A stretch of DNA of 64,000 bases from Carcharhinus amblyrhynchos. Lineage: Eukaryota. Positions within the stretch are counted from its first letter, which is position 1. Every line of letters begins with the position of its first letter. A program made the position numbers and the translations under genes. Below, one piece after another: positions 59,453 to 64,000 of the stretch. The notes under the pieces were generated by a model. The model was not told the origin of the DNA. It saw only the letters and a list, made by a program, of their open reading frames with translations, and ran no database searches. The stretch is taken from assembly GCA_965287045.1 (NCBI GenBank), contig OZ336882.1, positions 6,696,001-6,760,000 of the forward strand. The letters run 5' to 3'.

Positions 59453-61870
59453 TTACTTCTTCATGTAGGCATTACCAACAGTGGCGTCACTCAGAGGTAA
59501 CGTAGGATGGCAAGCTTTTAAGAATAGAAAATCGCTTTTGGAGGACTCCGGCGATAAGCGAACTGTATAACGATAAGCTTCGGAAAATGGTTGCAGCTGA
59601 ACATCTCGATGATAATTTAAGGATTCTTTTGGTTCAGATCTCCGAATAAAGGCATCATTCGAATTCCTTCTTACGCAACAACAGTAAATTTTCGGTCTCT
59701 GATAAGGCAAGTTATTTCGCTCTTGTTTGCATTTCAAAGTGACCAGCAAGACAATTATTAGAAAAAATATGACACTTGTTGCCGCAAAAAATATTATTAA
59801 GTACATATTTTGATCCGAGAAATAGTTGGAGTGACTGGATTGGTCAATACGTTCAGTTTGGCGTTCAGTAAAGTTCGGTGAAATTGCAAACAGAATTGTC
59901 ACCACGCTTGACAAACTCGGCTGTCCATTATCTTTGACCAGAACAACCAATTTTTGTTTGGTTGCGTCTTTCTGCGTAAAACTTCGGGTTGTTCTGATTT
60001 CTCCAGAGGAACGGCCCACAGTGAAAAGCTCACCATCAGTGGCGTCAACCAATTCGTAGGAAAGTCTTGCGTTCTGGCCAGAATCTGCATCATTAGCCAT
60101 TACTTTAGTGACCAGATATCCAGGATATATTGACTGGGGCAAAATCTTCACTGCTTCTGAACTATTCGAGGGTAATGGTGAAATTACGAGGGGAGCGTTG
60201 TCGTTTTGATCCAATATTATAATGTTCACCATAGCAGTGCCGCTCAGACGTGGAGATCCGTCATCCTGAGCTTGAACTTTGAACTGGAAATTCTTCAACT
60301 GCTCATAGTCAAAGGAGCGCAGAGCAAAAATGCTCCCACTTTTCGAGTCAACAGTAAAGTAATCAGGCGCAGCCAGATCTTGCTTCTCATTGTGCAGAAT
60401 AGAGTAGGAAACGTCTCCATTCTGTTCCACGTCAGGATCCAGCGCGGAAACTGAAAAAACAGATACACCAGGAGTATTGTTCTCCGTCAGGTACACGTTG
60501 TATGAGGTCTGTGCAAACCTGGGGACATTATCATTAATATCAGCAACAGAAACGGTAACCATGTTGTTTGAAGACAGAGCGGGTAATCCAGCATCCCATG
60601 CTGATATTGATAAGTTGTAAAACGCTGTCGTTTCGCGGTCCAGCATATCAGCAGTTATTATCTTGTAGTTATTTTTCAGAGCAGTTTCAAGTTTGAATGG
60701 CACATTGTGAGGAATTTGACATTGCACCTGCCCATTGTCTCCTGAATCCCGATCCACAACGCTGAATACAGCAATCAATGTGCCTGCCACAGCATCTTCG
60801 GGCACCATTTTAATTACTGAAGTCAGTCTTATTTCGGGCGCGTTATCATTGACGTCAACTATTGAAACCAACACTTTAGCATATCCCACGTTTAGAGCGT
60901 TGTCAACAGCCTGTACATCAAGCTCGTAAAGCTCTGATTTTTCATAATCCAGTGAAGCTTTAACTCTGACCTCTCCACTTCCCGGGTCCAATTCGAACAA
61001 TCCTCGCGCAATTTGTGAGACATAGTTACTAAAGGAATATTTGAACTCAGCGTTTGTTCCTTCGTCTAAATCAATTGCGTGCAATTTGGTCACCAATGTA
61101 CCCTTGGGTGTGTTTTCCAAGACACTTGCCCTGTATACGTCCTGATCGAATACTGGCGCGTTATCATTAGCGTCCCTTACAGTAATGACAATCTGAACTG
61201 TGGCAGACGTTTGTGGGATCCCACCATCGACAGCCGTCAATATCAGTCCAATAGATGATTGCTCTTCGCGATCCAATGATTTCGTCAACAACAGCTCAGC
61301 GATTTTTCTACCATCTTTTTGTGTCTGCGTGGTGACGTTGAAGTAGTCATTTGAACTGATCTGGTAAATGCTGATACTATTGGTACCCACATCACCGTCC
61401 TGCGCGCTTTCCAGAGGGAAACGTGTGCCTGGTGAAACTGACTCGGCAACCTGCAATACTAATCTCTGAGTCGGAAATATTGGCGAATTGTCATTTGTAT
61501 CTAATATTTCCACTTCAACGGGAAAAACCTCGAATGGGGCTTCGAGCGCGAGTTCAAATGATACGGAACAGGTAGACATTTTCGAGCAAAGCTTTTCCCT
61601 ATCAATTCTTTCGTGAACAAACAAAATCCCGTTCTCCACATTTACCTCGAAATATTGTTTTCCACCATCAAAATGCAGTTGAATCTTCCGAGCTGATAAT
61701 TCCCGTATGCTTATCCTTAAATCTTCTGCGATGTTTCCAATAAAAGTACCAATCTCCAGTTCCTCTGGAACCGAGTAGCGAATTTGTCCGACAGCCATGT
61801 CCGCGACACAAAGCAAAACCATTAAACACGCTGTTCCGCTGTGTCTATTCGCCATTGCTTTGTATTTCAT
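59453..61870 (-). CDS. Pcdh: Clustered protocadherin gene 4 (805 aa; likely start at the second Met, 61855)
   Basis: Signal peptide, six cadherin repeats, EC1 LCSKMSTC, TM, YTVRLSPESSKSDFLFLK; closest paralog of gene 3 in the window. Confidence 0.97.
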   Translation of the reverse strand: MKYKAMANRHSGTACLMVLLCVADMAVGQIRYSVPEELEIGTFIGNIAEDLRISIRELSARKIQLHFDGGKQYFEVNVENGILFVHERIDREKLCSKMSTCSVSFELALEAPFEVFPVEVEILDTNDNSPIFPTQRLVLQVAESVSPGTRFPLESAQDGDVGTNSISIYQISSNDYFNVTTQTQKDGRKIAELLLTKSLDREEQSSIGLILTAVDGGIPQTSATVQIVITVRDANDNAPVFDQDVYRASVLENTPKGTLVTKLHAIDLDEGTNAEFKYSFSNYVSQIARGLFELDPGSGEVRVKASLDYEKSELYELDVQAVDNALNVGYAKVLVSIVDVNDNAPEIRLTSVIKMVPEDAVAGTLIAVFSVVDRDSGDNGQVQCQIPHNVPFKLETALKNNYKIITADMLDRETTAFYNLSISAWDAGLPALSSNNMVTVSVADINDNVPRFAQTSYNVYLTENNTPGVSVFSVSALDPDVEQNGDVSYSILHNEKQDLAAPDYFTVDSKSGSIFALRSFDYEQLKNFQFKVQAQDDGSPRLSGTAMVNIIILDQNDNAPLVISPLPSNSSEAVKILPQSIYPGYLVTKVMANDADSGQNARLSYELVDATDGELFTVGRSSGEIRTTRSFTQKDATKQKLVVLVKDNGQPSLSSVVTILFAISPNFTERQTERIDQSSHSNYFSDQNMYLIIFFAATSVIFFLIIVLLVTLKCKQERNNLPYQRPKIYCCCVRRNSNDAFIRRSEPKESLNYHRDVQLQPFSEAYRYTVRLSPESSKSDFLFLKACHPTLPLSDATVGNAYMKK

Positions 61871-61959
61871 TCTGAATATACCAACGCTCCAAGCAATGTG
61901 TTCAGTAGCCTTTTTATCGCTTCACAAAATAGTTACTTCTCCGTAGAAAAATGCGGATT

Positions 61960-62007
61960 TTAAACCCCGAAATTCATCATTGCAAGCAGAGTGATCCTGC
62001 TAAACAT
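61960..62007 (-). CDS. Candidate 15-aa upstream ORF in gene 4 leader (MFSRITLLAMMNFGV)
   Basis: GCAGCCATG context, ATG at 62007, TAA at 61962..61960; aligns without gaps to the gene 3 uORF. An extra in-frame ATG lies at 62019. Confidence 0.55.
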   Translation of the reverse strand: MFSRITLLAMMNFGV

Positions 62008-62079
62008 GGCTGCAAACATCAGTACATATTCTGTTTCCCTTCCCTTTGATTCTGGTCTATATTTGATGAAGGAGTGGTA

Positions 62080-62165
62080 GATCTCTAACAACGGCAGAGT
62101 ATGGTATTGGTAGACAGCGACACAGACAGCCTCAACCAATAACTGCATCAGGCGTTTCTTAAAGC
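62080..62165 (-). promoter_or_regulatory. Pcdh gene 4 promoter: CSE + CCAAT module
   Basis: Sense TGCAGTTATTGGTTGAGGCTGTCTGTGTCGCTGTCTACCAAT (CSE 62125..62106), plus GAGATC and GCTTTAAG motifs. Confidence 0.87.
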
Positions 62166-63054
62166 GTGCTTGTTATAAAATGATTTGCCTGTCAAACATT
62201 ATATTTAAAGGTGTCCAATACAAAATCAAAGTCAAGCATTTATATTGATATTGTTAAAAATGTAAACTCAGATTGGATATGCCGTTTCATTACCTTAAAT
62301 AACTGTTACTTAGTTTCTAGAAAATCAGCTGAAGACCAAATAACACTTTACCCAAATGGCTTCATACTGGCCTTTTTTTTACATGAGCTTACTTTTAGTG
62401 CTAACTAAAACTAAAATTTAAGTGCACAAATAGGCGATAGATTCCGCAATGGTCCTCTGTCGTTTGATAAACACACGCCAGCTGAACGGTTGGAAATTAA
62501 ATGTCAGCTGAATATTACCGAATGGTGGTAGTAAATTCATCGTGAAGAGGAATAACGAATGTGTATTGAATAATCACAACCCACTGTGTCATATCTAATT
62601 TCGAGATGCAATTTGTAATATTTCTAAGTGAAATACGGAAAGATACCTCGTTACTTTCGACGATGGGCATACGCGGAGTACTTATAAGTCCCTAAGACAT
62701 TTTATGTCGACGTTCAAGAATGACTTGCTGGATTGGCTTTGGTATCTGGTTTTTTACTTAAAAGCCAGTATGGATCCAAAAAGTGATATTAATTCTACTA
62801 AGCAAGCGAATAAATAAATGTTGCAGGTAACAGGATAGGGGAAAGCAGCACAACGAAACCGAAGGCTAAATTGAAGGTTTTTCCAGGCTCCCACAGGGGG
62901 AAAGCAGGTGACAGAGGCTTAATAAAACTTTTGCATGATTCTCATACTTGTCCTTCAATGGGCAGAGTAATGGCGCGTTTTCTTTCGGCTGACGCAGAAG
63001 GAATATTGTGGCAATAAATGGGCTGATAAGTGGGAGACAACATTTGCTGCAGAC

Positions 63055-63352
63055 AAGCCCTAGGGTAACTGTATGGAATTTGTACGTTCTTGCTGAGTCT
63101 GCGCGGGTTTCTTCTGGATCCTCCAGTTTTTTGCCCCCGTCCAAAGATAAGCAGGTTAAGGAATTTGAGATGCTCAATTGCCCCTTAGTGTCCCAAGACG
63201 TGTAGGTTAGGGGGGTTAGCGGGGTAAATGTGTGGGGTTGCGGGGATAGGGTGGGAGGTATGTCTAAGTAAGATGCCCTTAGGGACAATCGGTGCAGGTT
63301 CGGTGGACCAAATAGCCTCCTTTTGCACTGTATGGATTCTATGATTCTATGA
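63055..63352 (+). mobile_element. 5'-truncated HE1-like V-SINE with CR1-type tail
   Basis: V-domain TATGGAATTTGTACGTTCTTGCTGAGTCTGCGCGGGTTTC; tail GCACTGTATGGATTCTATGATTCTATG. Confidence 0.8.
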
Positions 63353-63367
63353 CTAGCATCGTCTTTT

Positions 63368-63413
63368 GAGAGAGAAACAACGTTGTTTCGAGTTCGTATG
63401 ATCCTTCTTCAAA
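63368..63413 (-). mobile_element. Penelope-type pseudo-LTR scrap with degenerate hammerhead core
   Basis: Minus strand TTGAAGAAGGATCATACGAACTCGAAACAACGTTGTTTCTCTCTC, i.e. (C)TGAAGA-stem-GAAA. Confidence 0.45.
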
Positions 63414-63517
63414 GTCCATATCAATACAGACATCACCCGTGTGTGTCAGGAGTTGGTCATTCTGTGCCGATTAACACAACTCGTGATTCCACAAATCCTG
63501 TCTGCCATCTACACCAT

Positions 63518-63730
63518 AAAAACAGCAACAGGATTTCTAACACAAAACTCCCTCCAGTTCCTGCTGGGCCAAATCAAGAGTCTTTGAAATTAAAACAAAG
63601 ATGATTGTCGTCAACCTAGTTAAGCAAATAGGAATTAGTGTGGAGCACTATCGCAACTGTGCGCAGCAATGATAGAAGCTGGCTGTTACTCTGGAGGGAG
63701 TTTTGTGTTAGAAATCCTGTTGCTGTTTTT
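63518..63730. repeat. Perfect 40-bp inverted repeat with 133-bp spacer
   Basis: 63518-63557 AAAAACAGCAACAGGATTTCTAACACAAAACTCCCTCCAG is the exact reverse complement of 63691-63730. Confidence 0.97.
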
Positions 63731-64000
63731 GGCATCATAAAACACGTTATTGATACTTAATCCAATTCCGAGTGTCCGATAATGGAGAAACATGATAGCG
63801 AGCTCAACAAGTCTGATTCCAGAGATACAGCCAAATAAAGCGATGGCATTCAAACTGAAATAATCGGAAGTGGAAAACGAGCGCTGTTGCTGCATTTCTG
63901 TGATCCTTCGGGTTTCTGTTGGAAGGAAAGTTCTGGAAAAATAGTCACTTTACACAAAATAAAAGGCAATTGCAGTGACTGCAACAGTTACCCTGTCAAA

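Overview
Vertebrate genomic DNA, almost certainly from a cartilaginous fish (shark/ray), judging by its repeat content: CR1/HER1-like LINEs, V-SINE/HE1-like SINEs, Penelope and Rex1/Babar remnants. The window covers part of a clustered protocadherin (Pcdh) locus, with four tandem variable-exon genes on the minus strand: 1..925 (5' part only), 26963..29569, 43905..46307 and 59453..61870. Each has a signal peptide and cadherin repeats with the EC1 C-X5-C motif; the three complete ones have six repeats, a TM segment and a short cytoplasmic part. Each has a CSE (CGCT/CTCF-type) plus CCAAT promoter. The 12-26 kb spacers are mostly nested retroelements, and there is one assembly gap. Main observations beyond routine annotation: (1) a 15-codon upstream ORF conserved in length, Kozak context and amino-acid character in the 5' leaders of two paralogs (MFGKIALFAFLHFCI / MFSRITLLAMMNFGV); (2) a rigidly spaced multi-motif promoter shared by all four genes, including a GAGATC element exactly 20 bp from the CCAAT box; (3) two genes stopping at the same homologous position with no good phase-0 splice donor, suggesting single-exon (beta/epsilon-like) Pcdhs; (4) a perfect 40-bp inverted repeat and several hammerhead-ribozyme remnants. 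Repeat boundaries are by eye and approximate unless a TSD is quoted. No database search was possible.
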